Below are positions 26,066 through 38,834 of a stretch of DNA of 64,000 nt, one piece after another. Where the stretch lies: positions 23,500,001 to 23,564,000 of the forward strand of contig NC_086097.1 in the NCBI RefSeq assembly GCF_963921235.1, read 5' to 3'. Numbering within the stretch: position 1 is the stretch's first letter; each line of letters opens with the position of its first letter. A program made the position numbers and the translations under genes. Source of the DNA: Mobula hypostoma (lineage: Eukaryota). The notes under the pieces were generated by a model, which was given only the letters and a program-made list of their open reading frames with translations, made no database searches and was not told the DNA's origin.

Positions 26066-27475
26066 CTGTCTCTTTCTTCTTTGGCATAAAATTTTACTCT
26101 GAGCTCAATTTGCTTAAGTCAAATTTCTCAAATGGTGTGAAGGGAAAGATAAATCTAAGGTTGATTGTATCAACGAGTTTCAAGCCAGCCAGGACTCCTG
26201 TTGCTGTCAATATTGGTGAGCAAATGGAGAGCAACAAATATCTATCAAAAATGGCAAGAAAATAGTCTATAAAATGACACTAAAATAAGAAACATTCTTT
26301 TGGTAATTATATAGTAGTTAAACAGTAAATTTAATTGATGCTGTATTGATACCTTTGCATAGTTTATTCTATTTCTATAAACTATATTGTGGAGCAGACT
26401 CGATGGGCTGAATGGCCTAATACTGCTCCTATGTCTTATAATGGATTCTCCCAGCTGACCTTGAAAACACATATTTCCCGATGATTTGTTGGAGGGTCTA
26501 ATGCTACTATGGCTGATTTAGCAATCTCCATCAATTTTGGCTGAGAAGGTATACCTAAACTAATTTCCAATACTGTCAAAGCAGCCCAAACAGAAAAATT
26601 CTTGAGATTTACTTAAAAAAAAGTTCTAAGAATGAGGATGGACTAGTTATATGGAGAGATTAGATAAAATTGAACTGTTCTCAGAAGATTGGATAGTATA
26701 ACTTAAACACAGAAACTTGGCTTGCAGTTAGATTATGTGAGACTTTTCTTTCAGCACAGTGCATTCAAAATGTAACTAGCAATAATTTGCTTTTGTGATG
26801 ATTTCTGGGTAGAATCACACCAATTACAGAACTGATAAGTCTGCTTCCACTTAGGACCCATGTTACTATTCCCAGTGTTTCCCAATGACAGATGCAAACT
26901 CACTGACAGTAGTCAGTGTGTAATTATCCCTGTAGAAAACAATGGTCATTTGACAGTAGCAAAAAAATTCGGAATATCATCCATTTTAGATGCCACCTAA
27001 AGGGTCACTTGGTTCATAAAAGGTTATGGCTCAAGAAAAATCCTAAACAGGAGTTAATTAACTCTTAAACTCTCAAAAACTGTTATTGTCCCCAAGCAGT
27101 AAGGCTGATCGACACCTCCACCAACTAAGCCACCTCTCTTTATCATTTCCTGACAGGGGCATCCAATATACAGACACTCTTGTGCCTAGTGTCACTTGAT
27201 GTATAGTATATTAGCAATCTTATGTATTTATATTTATTGTGTTTATTATTATTACATGTTTTTTAAAATTATTATTGTATTCTTTATCTTTTGTGCTGCA
27301 TCCAATCGGGAGTAACAATTATTTTGTTCTCCTTTACACTTGTGTACTGGAAATGCCATCAAACAATATTGAATCTTGAAGAAAATGGCAACTGTTTTTT
27401 TTGAGAATGTGCAACTCACTTAATGATCACTCTGAGCTAAAACAGAAGACTGGCTCCAACAATTTAGTAAGGTGC

Positions 27476-27545
27476 TGTGTGTGTGTGTGTGTATATACGT
27501 GTGTGTGTGTGCGTGTGTGTGTATATGTCTGTGTGTGTGTGTGTG
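27476..27545. repeat. Imperfect (TG)n microsatellite
   Basis: Direct reading of the sequence. Confidence 0.95.
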
Positions 27546-27989
27546 TTGCGGGTCAGAGGAGGTTGCCATTAATGAACAGTCAAAGAAATTAACATGGTCT
27601 TGTCCATGATATCAAGATATTTTTCCAGTTCTGAATATCATATGTAGAAGTGGGTTCTCTCTCATTATCTTTGTGCAATTCACCAGTAAGTCAGTACCTC
27701 AGCCCTCCCCAGATGGCAAATCCCTGCTGGTAAACTGATCATTTTTGGCAGATTTCTTTGAACAAAACTACATATTGAACAACACCATTGTAATCAGCAG
27801 GAGCTTGTTGTCTTTCAGAACACTTACCCTTTGTGAATGGGGCAGGCTGGTGGGCATTTTCAGAAGCATATATAGTAGCTGTAAGGAAGTTGACTTGAAG
27901 ACCTTGTTGTCTGAATCCATGTGGCAATAGGTTGATGATGGATATTGCCAGTTGTATCTTGTTAGCATGGTGGTATCTCTTCCACAATA

Positions 27990-28375
27990 AATGGAGCTCT
28001 TATAGAAACATATAAAATTATGAAAGGGATAGACAAAATAGAGGCAGGAAAGTTGCTTCCACTGGAAGTTGAGACTAGAACTAGGGGGACATAGCCTCAA
28101 GATTCGGGGGAGAAGATTTGGGACGGAGATGGGGAGGAACTGCTTTTCCCAGAGAGTGGTGAATCTGTGCAATTCTCTGCCCAATGAAGCAGTGGAGGCT
28201 ACCTCAGTAAGTATACTTAAGACAAGGTTGGATAGGTTTTTGCATAGTTGGGGAATTGAGGTTTATGGGGAAAAGGCAGGTAGGTGGATCAGCCATGATC
28301 TTACTGAATGGCAGAGAAGGCTTGATGGGCCTGATTGCCTACTCCTGCTCCTATTTCTTATACTCTTGTGTTCTT
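27990..28375 (+). mobile_element. CR1 3' fragment
   Basis: GHSLKIRGRRFGTEMGRNCFSQRVVNLCNSLP. Confidence 0.85.
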
Positions 28376-29424
28376 AAATGACAAAACCTAATCTTTCCTT
28401 AGAAAGATGAGTGAATTCCAATGATCTTTTAAGATTGTATGATTTTCTTCGGTCCAAGTTTGTCTCCTAGTCTGTCTGTCTCTGAAATAAAATCAGAAAC
28501 TGTTGGAAGCACTGAGCCCGTCAGGTAGTGCCTGTGGAAAGAACAAGAGAGCTAATATTTCAGGTCAGAGACTGTTAGTCACCTAAGGTCCGTATTGGGG
28601 GTCTGAAGGCAAATGACCTGACTACCGAACAAAGTGACCCGAGTGTAATTAAGGCCTCAGTGCTGGGTTAGTGTTGATCTGTGAGAGTTTGCTTTTCCTA
28701 CCAATGGTCTTGGGGGATTTTGCAGAGATGGTGTTGGTGGTGTCTCTCCTGTAGCTTGAGTGTCCGTGACAGAACAAAACACTGCTGTGTTATTTCTGAC
28801 TGAGTCATTTTGCTCCCGGTGCAATGGCAATTTTACTTTTGCTTTTGGAGAACTTTATTGTTTGATTAGAATTGTAGAACTTTGTAAGCAGGCAAACATT
28901 TAACTAAAATTGCTTCATGTTCAGTACAATTCAGTACAAGTGACACTTCCTTTGTGATGCACAGCTGAGTGTATGAGGTCAGCTCATAAACAGGCCACTT
29001 TGATCATGTTTTCAGTGTTCATTCTGTACACTGTCAGTCACTGATTCACAACACCAAGGAGTTTATTCTCTTTAGGAAACCTTAGTATGAGTAAGTTTTG
29101 GATAAAGAATTACTGTGTGCTGAACAAACCATCTGGATGGAAGAATTAAATGAAAGATAATTCTTTCTGTTTAAAGTCTTTGGAGAGCTCGATCCTGCGA
29201 TGAAATTAAAATGTCTGTTCTTCTATATATCTGTAAGATTTCTCCTGGTTATGGCTAGCATAATTTAATCAAGGTCTGATTGCAGTATTTGATCAAGGAT
29301 TATGTGAAATTATTGGATTTTACATCAATTGAGCAAATATAAGTACAGCCCGAGCAGAATAACAAGAAGCTGCGTTTGGTTTGTCAAACTCAAAGTTGCA
29401 AAGCTTTCACAGCTCAGAGACTCA

Positions 29425-30220
29425 TTTTTTCCGATGCGGCTGGGTGAGACTCGAGCTGGAGGTCATCATTTTATGATGAAAGGTGAAGTATGTAAGGAGA
29501 ATCTGAGGGGAAAATGTAGAGGATTGAGTAGAGATTTGACGGAAGTATACAAAATTATGACGGGTACAAATAGGGTAAATGCAAGCAGGCTTTTTCCACT
29601 GAGGTTGGGTGGGACTACAACCAGAGGTCATGGGTTAAGGGTGAATGGTGAAAAGTTTAAGAGGAACATGAGGGGAAACTTCTTCACTCAGAGGGCTGTG
29701 AGAGAGTGGAATGAGCTGCCAACACAAGTGGTGCTTGCAAGCTCAATTTCAATGTTTAAGAGATGTTTGGATAGGTAAATGGATGGTTGGGGTATGGAGG
29801 TCTAGATCGATGGGAGCAGGCAGCTTAAATGGTTTTGCTTGGACTAGATGGGCTGAAGGGCCTGTTTCTGTGCTGTACTTTTCTATGACTGTATAACTTT
29901 ATAATCATTCACTCAAAAAGTGGTGGGAGTGTGGAACACACTGTTGCAGAAGTGGCTGATGCAGATTCGCCTGCAACATCGAAGACGAGGGTTCCCAACC
30001 TGGGGCCTACGAGCCCCTTGGTTAATGGTGCTGTTCCATGGCATAGAAAAAATGGTTTGGAACCCGCTGATCTAAGAGAGGTTTGGATAGGTATATTGGT
30101 GATATAGGTATGGAGGTCTATGGTTCAGGTGCAGGTAGATTTAACTAGGCAGCAAAACAGGTTAGCATGGATTAGATAGACTGAAGGGCCTGCTTCTATG
30201 TTATAGTGCTCCATGACATG
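29425..30220 (+). mobile_element. Nested CR1 3' fragments containing a hAT MITE
   Basis: DLTEVYKIM...TRGHGLRVNGEKFKRNMRGNFFTQRAVREWNELP. The outer CR1 resumes at about 29905. Confidence 0.8.
29986..30069. mobile_element. hAT MITE, third copy
   Basis: atcgaaga|cgagggttcccaacc...tttggaacccgctg|atctaaga (7/8 matching TSD). Confidence 0.8.
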
Positions 30221-30356
30221 AACTTTACAAAGGACATTGGAATTCAAGATCTCTTCTTCCCCATTAGAATACTTGAAACTGGGAATCTACAGAAAACATT
30301 AAAATAGTGATTGATGGATTCCTGTTAAAGAATCAAAGCATGTAGATGAAGATATG

Positions 30357-31070
30357 TCAAAGTTCAAAGTAAATTTAAGTCCATAAATGTCACCGTAAAC
30401 CACCCTGAGATTCATTTTCTGTTCTTACGGCCATTCACAGTGGAACAAAAATAATAGAACCAATATAAAACTACATACAAGCTCTGACAATTGACCAATG
30501 TACAGAATAAGACAAACTGCGCAAATACAAAGAACAAATAATATTAATAATAAATAAATAATACTGAGAACATGAATTGTAGAGTCATTGAAAGTGAGTC
30601 TATAGTTGGTGGAATCAGTTCAGTGTTGAGATGTGTGAAGTTATCCATGCTGGATGGATGTAAAGTATTAACTGTTCCTGAACCTGGTGACATGTGATCT
30701 AAATCTCCTGTACCTCCTTCATGATGCCAAAGGCAAGAAGAGATCATGGGCTGGATGATGAGGTTCCTTGATGATGGATGCTGCTTTCTTGTAGCAGCAG
30801 TCCTTGTAGATGTGCTCAACGGAGGGGAAGATATCCATCAATCTATGTAGCCTTTTCCATTCTTGGACATGAGTGTTTCCATACCAGCCTGTGATGCAAC
30901 CTGTCAAGATATTCCCTGTTGGGCATCTGTAGAAGTTTGTCAAAGTTTTAGATCATATGCCGAATGAGTCATTGACCTTCTCCACCTCTACTCCCCAAAT
31001 GAGCATTCCTGGTTTCTTCCATCTGTAGTCAATAATCAGCTCTTTAGTTTTACTAACGTTGAGTGAGAGT
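30357..31070 (-). mobile_element. Rex/Babar-like LINE 3' fragment
   Basis: TNFYRCPTGNILTGCITGWYGN...KAASIIKEPHHP, with a tail ending tttactttgaacttt on the minus strand. Related short 3' ends at about 11060-11440, 32025-32640, 43680-44005, 45920-46250, 51660-52040, 52630-53010 and 57500-58370. Confidence 0.75.
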
Positions 31071-32869
31071 CCCCCAATTAAATAGCAAAGCAGGCTTGAT
31101 GGTGTCAGTGGCAACTTTCTGTTGCGTCATACACCTCACCCCTGCTGATCACCATCTATGCTGATTCATTTACTCGCACTTAAACTGTGGCCTTCATGAT
31201 TCAAGTGCTCATCTAGATATTCCTTCAACACTGTGAGACGACCTGCCATCAACCAACCCCTCAAGTAATGTGTTGGAGATGTGAACCATCTGGGTGAAAA
31301 AAAATATCGCCCCAGATGTTCACTCATCTTCTTATCCCCTAACTTAAAAATGAACTCTTGTTTCAGACACCTCTGTTCTGGAGAGGAGTTCCCTACTCTT
31401 TGCCTTCTGTTGCTCTGTGCCAGCTTTCTAAAAGCGTTCTATGAATTGAATTATTCTTTGGGATATCATAATGTCCTTTGAAAAGTAATTAATGAGAAAT
31501 GAAATGGCACTGAGACTCCTGTTTGAATTGATAGTAAATGTATGTATAGGTTGAACATCTCTTATCAAGTTCAGCGAAGCGGACAGCACACAATCTAACT
31601 GCAAATTACCATAAACAATATTAACATTTTAACAAGAGCTTAGAATACAATGATGTGTTGTGATTCAGGCGGTCTTCGTTCATGTTGATCATGAGTAACT
31701 GCTTTCATTAGTATACCTTCCCTTCACTTCATCTGAAGTGTATAACCTTGTGCAAGGAACGTGAGTCACTATGAAGCAAGATTAATAACAGCTGATTTTA
31801 CACTGAAATTCGACCCCACGTATTCCCATTCTCTCAGACTGGCAGGCAGGCAATGTTGGTACATTGAGTGGTTCAGGCCAACATAACCAAAATGAAATGT
31901 ATGGGGAAAATATTCACACAGACAGAAACAAGATAACCCAGCAGAAAAAATATAGAAATGTCTTTTGAAAGAGTATCAGAATTCTTAGAGTACCTATCAT
32001 TTCCTGTGTCTGGAAAAATACGTTTCAAAGTCAAAATAAATTTATGATGAAAGTATGTTTATGTTACCATTAATGACCCTGACATTCATTTTCAGAATCA
32101 GAATCAGGATAATATCACCAACATATATTGTGAAACTTGCTGTTATGTGGCAGCAGTACATTGCAATACATACTAATAAAAACTGTGAATTGTAGTTATA
32201 TAATTAAATTAAATAAGTTGTGAGGTAGTTTCATGACTTCAATGTCTATACACAAGTCTGGTGGCAGAAGGGTGGAAGCGATTCCGGAATTGTTGAGTGT
32301 GCCTTCAGGCTCCTGTACCTCCTACATGATGGTAGCACTGAGAAAAGGGCAGGTTCTGTTTGTAGGGTCCTTGAAAGTGAGTCTATAGGTTGTGGATTCA
32401 TTTCATCATTGTGATGGGTGAATCCTGTTTCAGGTGGCCGATGGTTCTACATGAATAACTGTTCCTGATCCTGGTGGTGTTGGACCTAAGGCTGCTGTAC
32501 CTTCAGCACAATGTTAGTAGTGAGAGGCGACATGGTCTAGATGATAGGGGTCCTTCATGATGGACGCTGCTTTCTTGTGGCAGCACTCTTTGCAAGTATG
32601 CTCATTGATGGGGAGGGCTTTGCCTGTGATAGACTGTGTAATACTTGGACTAAATGAGCCTAAGAATGGAGAGATTTGCAATAAGCGAATTATCTCTCCT
32701 TGTAACTTTCTGTACTTCCGAATAATTCACATATTTTTACAAGATATTAGGAAAACATAGTTTTTATTGAAGACATTTCAAAAGAGACATTAGTTATGTG
32801 ATAGTTACAACAGAATCAGTAGCTTGTGTTGTTATACATGCAAGTATCTTCAAAATGTCTTAAATTATG

Positions 32870-33665
32870 TCCTTTTCTTTTTCCATTCTCCTCTCCTACC
32901 AGTCACCTCCCTTTCTTCCCCCTCCACCTTCCCTTTCTTCCCCCTCCACCTTCCCTTTCTTCCCTCTCCACCTTCCTTCTCCCCTCTCCACCTTCCCTTC
33001 TCCCCCTCCACCTTCCCTTCTCCCCCCTCCACCTTCCCTTTCTTCCCCCTTCACCTTCCTTCTCCCTCTCCACCTTCCCTTTCTTCCCCTCCACCTTCCC
33101 TTTCTCCCCTATCCACCTTCCTTTTCTCCCCTCTCCACCTTCCTTTTCTCCCGCTCCACCTTCCCCTTCTCCCCCTCCACCTTCCTTTTCTCCCCCCTCC
33201 ACCTTCCCTTTCTCCCCCCTCCACCTTCCCTTTCTCCCCCTCCACCTTCCCTTTCCTCCCGCTCCACCTTCCCTTTCTCCCCTCCACCTTCCCTTTCTTC
33301 CCCCTTCACCTTCCCTTTCTCCCCTCCACCTTCCCTTTCTCCCCTCTCCACCTTCCCTTTCTTTCATGGCCCACTGCCTTTCCTATTAGATTCTTTCTTC
33401 TTTAGCCCTTTACCTTCCACTTTTCTATGCTAACTTCTCTCTTCATCCCCCCCCCCACTTTCCCCCACTCACACACCTTCCTCCTCACCTTGTCTCACCT
33501 ATCACCTGCCATCTTGCATTCCTTCGCCATTCTCCATACTTCTCTGGTTTCTGCCCCCTTCCTTCCCTGTCCTGAAGAAGGGTCTCAACCTGAAAAGTTG
33601 ACAGTTTATTCCCCTCCACAGATGCTAAGTGACTTGTAGACTTCCTCCTGAAGTTTGTGTGTGTT
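32870..33665 (+). mobile_element. Penelope-like 3' UTR and terminal unit hosting the minisatellite
   Basis: After the array: catggcccac..tcctattagattc..., then tgtc CTGAAGA AGGG TCTCAA CCT GAAA AGTT gaca. Confidence 0.75.
32905..33365. repeat. Almost pure C/T minisatellite, unit about 20-23 bp (ccaccttccctttctcccct)
   Basis: About 20 imperfect tandem units, embedded in a Penelope 3' UTR. Confidence 0.9.
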
Positions 33666-35463
33666 CCTTTAAGTTACTACTTTGATACTTCAATTCATTT
33701 AAAAAAGTTCCGAATGTCACGTTCCATAGCCTGACTGATAAGGTTCGTAGCAGGTTTGGTCAGTTCTATTTGACCATGATAATTTTGTCAATGGATGTAG
33801 TAGTCCTAGGCAATGAATTCATTCCGTGGATCATCTTTGTTGCTATGTTTTGTTATTCATTTGGAAAAGTGGATCATTGTTAAGGCCAACATTTTTGCTC
33901 ATTTCTGAATTGCCTCAGTGGTGAACTGTATTCTTGACCTGCTATTTTATACCTGAGTTATTGTAAAAGAAATACCCCAACAGAAACTCGATATAGCATC
34001 CTAATATATCAACCAATTTTAAACTCGTGAAAAGCTCGATAAAGACTAAGAATAAATATTAAGATTAGCTTTATTTGTCAGATGTATATCAAAACATTGA
34101 AACATGCAGTGAAATACGTTGTTTATGTCAATGACCTGCACAGTTTGAGGACGTGCTGGGGGAACCCCGCAGTACCACCAGATTTCTGAATGGATAATGA
34201 ACCCATGCACATTACCGCAATTTTTTTTGCTCTCTTCTTGCACTACTTACTGAATTAAATTGAATATATATACGTTACATTCCTACTTCTGTTTGTTATG
34301 ATTTTGTACATTCTCTCTGTGACCTCCAGGTGCTCTAGTTTCCTCCCACATGGGTTGATAAAGGTTGGTAAGTTGTGGGCATGCCATGCAAATACATTAT
34401 GAATTTTTTTTGGTTTTACAGCAGCTGTACACTGCAATAAATACAAAGTTTTAAAAACTAAATTACAGTAAGGAACATATTATGTAATTTATTATGTATT
34501 GCAATGTACTGCTGTTAAAAGGCAGCAAATTTCACAGCATACACCAGTGATATTAAACCTGATTCTGAAATGCACTATGCCCACAGTGCCAATATTGCAT
34601 GCCCACGACATACTAACCCTTATTAACCGGTATATCTTTGGAATGTGGGAAGAAATTGGAGAAAACCCACGAGGTCGCAGTGAGAATGTACAAACTCATA
34701 ACAAACTGCCCAAAGTTGAATTCCAATCTTATAGCTGCCTCAACTAGAAACCATGAATTATGAAGAAAGGTTGAATGAGCTAGAGCTTTTCTCTTTGGAC
34801 CGACGAACAATGAACAGTGATTTGATAGAGGTGTACATGATAATAAGAGGTAAATATATAGTGGATAACCAGAGAATTTTTCCCATGGCAAAAAAGGCTA
34901 ATGTAAAGGGCTATAATTTTTAATTAATTGACGGAAAGCATGTTGTGGGGGGGGGGGCGGCAGTCAGAGGTGAATTTTTTAACTGAGCGTGATGGGTGTC
35001 AGGATTGGTGGTAGGGGCAAATATATTAGAGCCAATTAAGAATCTCTTAGGCATTTGGATGACAGAAAAATGTAAGGCTATGTGAGAGGGAAGGTTTAGA
35101 TTGATCTTTGAGTAGGTTAAAAAGTTGGCACAACATCGTGGGCTGAAGAAACTGTACTTTGCTGTAATGTTCCATCTATGTAAATTCTGTTGGGATAGAC
35201 CCTTTCAATGTATCCTCAGAAGTTTTACTCCATTAAAGGTGCTTTATAAATGTTTCTTCTTACTTTAAACCTCTATTTAATGTATTTTGGTATAAGGCAG
35301 ATAGACTCCTATCAGCTGTGAACGTTATTAGCATGGATAGAATTTTTCATCAAAGACAAACCCTAACCCAAAGTTTAAAAGGCAAACACTTGATTACTCA
35401 CAGCCAAATCCTTTTAAGTCCTTTCAAGAAATTGAAATTATTGATCCCTTTTAAAAAATAAAC

Positions 35464-36018
35464 GCACAGTGGCCACTTTATTAGTTACCTGACAAAGTGG
35501 TCACTGATTGTATGTTTGTGGTCTTCTACAGTTATACCCATCCACTTCAAGGTTCAATGTGTTGTGTATTCAGAGATGCTCTTCTGCAGACCACTGTTGT
35601 AATGTGTGGTTATTTGAGTCACTGTCACCTTCCTGTCAGCTTGAACCAATCTGCCCATGTTCTCTGATTTTTCTGGTTAACAAGGCATTTTCATTCATAG
35701 TACAGCCGTCTGGACTTTTTGTTTTTGTTTTTCACACCGCTCTCTGTAAACTCTAGAGACTGTTGTGTGTGAAAATCCCAGGAGATCAGCAGTTTCTGAG
35801 ATACTCAAATCACCATGACTGGCACCAACAATCATTCCACAGTAAGTCACTTAGATCACATTTCTTCCCCATTCTGACATTTGGTCTGAACAACTGAACC
35901 TCTTGACCAGGTCTGCGTGCTTTTATGTATTGTGTTGCTGCCACATGATTGGCTGACTGGATATTTGTATTACCAAGCAGGTGCACAGGTGTACCTGACA
36001 GAGTGACCACTGAGTGTA
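35464..36018 (-). mobile_element. Tc1-derived non-autonomous element
   Basis: cagtggccactttattag ... gtgaccactgagtgta. Same family as 16002. Confidence 0.85.
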
Positions 36019-36229
36019 TGTATTATTTTAATTACTAGAAGAACTCATGCTACTTCCAGTACTTCATGTAGAACCAAAAAGTTAAAGAAATTAAAACTAC
36101 TGAGCCACATTATTCTCATCAGTTGTATAGATTGAGCCTTCATTGGGATGTCATTTGTTAAACTGCCCTCAAGCACATGTACCACTTCAAATCTCACTTA
36201 GTTCATCTATCATGATCTGCTAACCAGTT

Positions 36230-36297
36230 ATTAAAATTTTACATTAATTGTCCTGGAGGCAGGAAAACCTCCAGGACAATTAATGTAAAATTTTAAT
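36230..36297. repeat. Perfect 30-bp inverted repeat with 8-nt loop
   Basis: attaaaattttacattaattgtcctggagg-caggaaaa-cctccaggacaattaatgtaaaattttaat. Confidence 0.97.
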
Positions 36298-38834
36298 GAT
36301 GCTGATGCTGAACAATACTAGATGCTAACCAATTAATAGCACCAGCCATAGTTGATACCCTGTGCTCTGTGAGCACTGGTATCAAATTTCAATGGCCCTT
36401 GAATCTGTTCTATTACTTTTTATCAATCCTAGTAGTTCAGTTGCTGATAAAAGTTGTGTAAGCAGATTTTTAATTCCTAGTTCATAATAAAACTCTGTAG
36501 TACAGCACCCCCTAATACCCATCAACTAACTCTGTGAACTTGTTAACCCTAACTTTCCAGCCACTCCTCATAGTAGAATGATTCACACCATCTTTCCTGT
36601 AAACTCCCAATGAATTTATTAATCCTAACCTCTTTAATTCCCACAGTAAACCTGTTAACCCAAAGCTCCCAATAAACCCCCAGTGAAACCATTAACCCAA
36701 TGCCTCCGGAAAATAAACACACACTCTTAAAAACATGAACCTGTGCCGGCTGTGTAGGTTTGCTGTGATCTAAAGCACTGTAACTCCTATTGAGAGCCAC
36801 TCACCCTCTCTCTGTGTAAACTCTCACCAATAAACCCAGTAAGCTCTACATGGGGAGAATTTACTGCAACATATAAAATCCTCAGAGGCATGAAAGAGTC
36901 GATGCTGAGATGATTTTCACAAGTGGGATAGTCTTGAACAAGTGGACGTTCAACTGCAGCATGGAAGTGTAGCAGTTAGCATAACACTATTACAGTGCTA
37001 TCGTTTCAAAATTAGGCACGTACGATATTTATCTCACAGAGGGTGGTGAATCACTGGAATTATCTACCCTCTAGGCCCTGAGTCATAGAGACCGAGTCAC
37101 TAGAGGTATTTAAAGAGGAACAAGACACACTTTTGAAAAATCAAGGATTGAAGGCTGTGTGAACATGGCACCGAAGAGATTTGGCCAATGATGAATAAAT
37201 CATGACCATATTGAATGAAGAGGTTACAGCTTTTAGGCTCCTGAACCAGCAGAGATAACTTCATTCCCCACAACTCTGAACTGATTCAGTCAAGGACTCT
37301 TAACAACTCATGTTGTCAGTAGTACTTTCACTTGTGCATTTTTTCTTAATTAGCATGTTGGTCTGTTGTCAGTCATCGTCTGTTTTTCCATAAAATTTTA
37401 TTGTATTTTTTTCTTGTAAAATTCCTGCAAGAAAATAAATCTGAAGGTACTATTAGGTTTTATTGGAGATATATATAGATAATAAATGTTCCTTGAACTT
37501 TGTACATTTGGACTTTGAGGCTTTTTTGAGGCCTACTCCTGCTCCTGTTTTCTTGTGTTCTCTCCTCCCTGTAAGCACTCACCAAAATCCACTGAGCTGA
37601 GTCAACTTTTTTTTTCAAGTGCAATATTACCTCATCTTTTGTAGTAGATTCTAACATTTTTCCTATTACTGCTGTAGGTCTGTCTTGCCCATAGTCATTT
37701 ACACACCCTATTTCATCTCCTTCCAAATTCCATCCATGGGTACACAGAACGCTGTGGAGCCCATTAATGAAATACAGTAGTACACAAGAGACCCAGAGAT
37801 GAAATCCCCAAAGATTGGTGATCCATAGAAAAGATTCAAAGCCACCATTTTGCTCTCTAATTCTCATGGTCTCAAATGATTTCTACACTCTATTCCGAAA
37901 TCCTGGTTTCTGAATTGTCAAACAAAAGAGCAAGAGCAAATCTGCAGATGCTGGAAATCTAAGCAACACACACAAAATGTTGGAGAACACTTTGTCAGGG
38001 TCTTGGTCTAAAGTGTAGACTGTACTCTTTTCCATAGATGCTGCCTAGCCTGTTGAGTTCCTCCAGCATTTTGTGTGTGCTTTCTGAATTGTCACATTGT
38101 CACATCTCATAACTCAGCCTTAAGTTCTGTTGAAATACACTATTCCAAATCACTTTCAGAAGTTTTACTTCGTTAAAGACGTGCTCGAGGGTATAGTTTA
38201 CTAAATGGCATCTTAATCAGTTGTGTTTGTGTAAATAAATGCCATCTGATTATAGGCTTTGCACTGTCGTAATTCTGCATTGAGCGTGACCCTGCAGATC
38301 ACAGAAAATAAGGAAGTAGTTAGAGTTCCGGAAGTAACTAAGATTAGTGAAAAAAAATGGTGTCTGAGGAAATAGTGTGACTGAAAGTGAATAAAACTAA
38401 GGAGAAGGGGAACTTTATCCCAAGATTTAAAAGGTGTGTCATTTGAGATGATGAATGACCGGCTGTCAAGTTCAAATTCACAAAATCATTGAAGGCTACA
38501 GCAAGGAAGAGGGCAATTCGGCCCAGTGGATCTGTGCTGGCTCTGTGCAACTGATATGCAGCTAAGGCCAACTTCAATGCCCTTGTCCCACAGCAGTATA
38601 AATGTTTTTTGTTATCAAGTTACTTGTGATAAGAGTTGTTTTTTTTAATGTACGGTAGCCATTGATACAGCTTCCACTACTTCCACTGGCACTGTGTTTC
38701 AGATCCAAGCAGCTCATTGCATGACAAAGCATTTCCTCATGTTACTTGTGATACTTCTGTTCCTCTTTGCCATTGGAAACAACTTATCTCCATTTACCTT
38801 GCACGGTTTGAAGTACTACTATCAGGGCAACTGT

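Noticed and set aside
32824..33433. Six long Pro/Ser- or Gly/Glu/Arg-rich ORFs
   Set aside because: Artefact of a stop-free C/T minisatellite.
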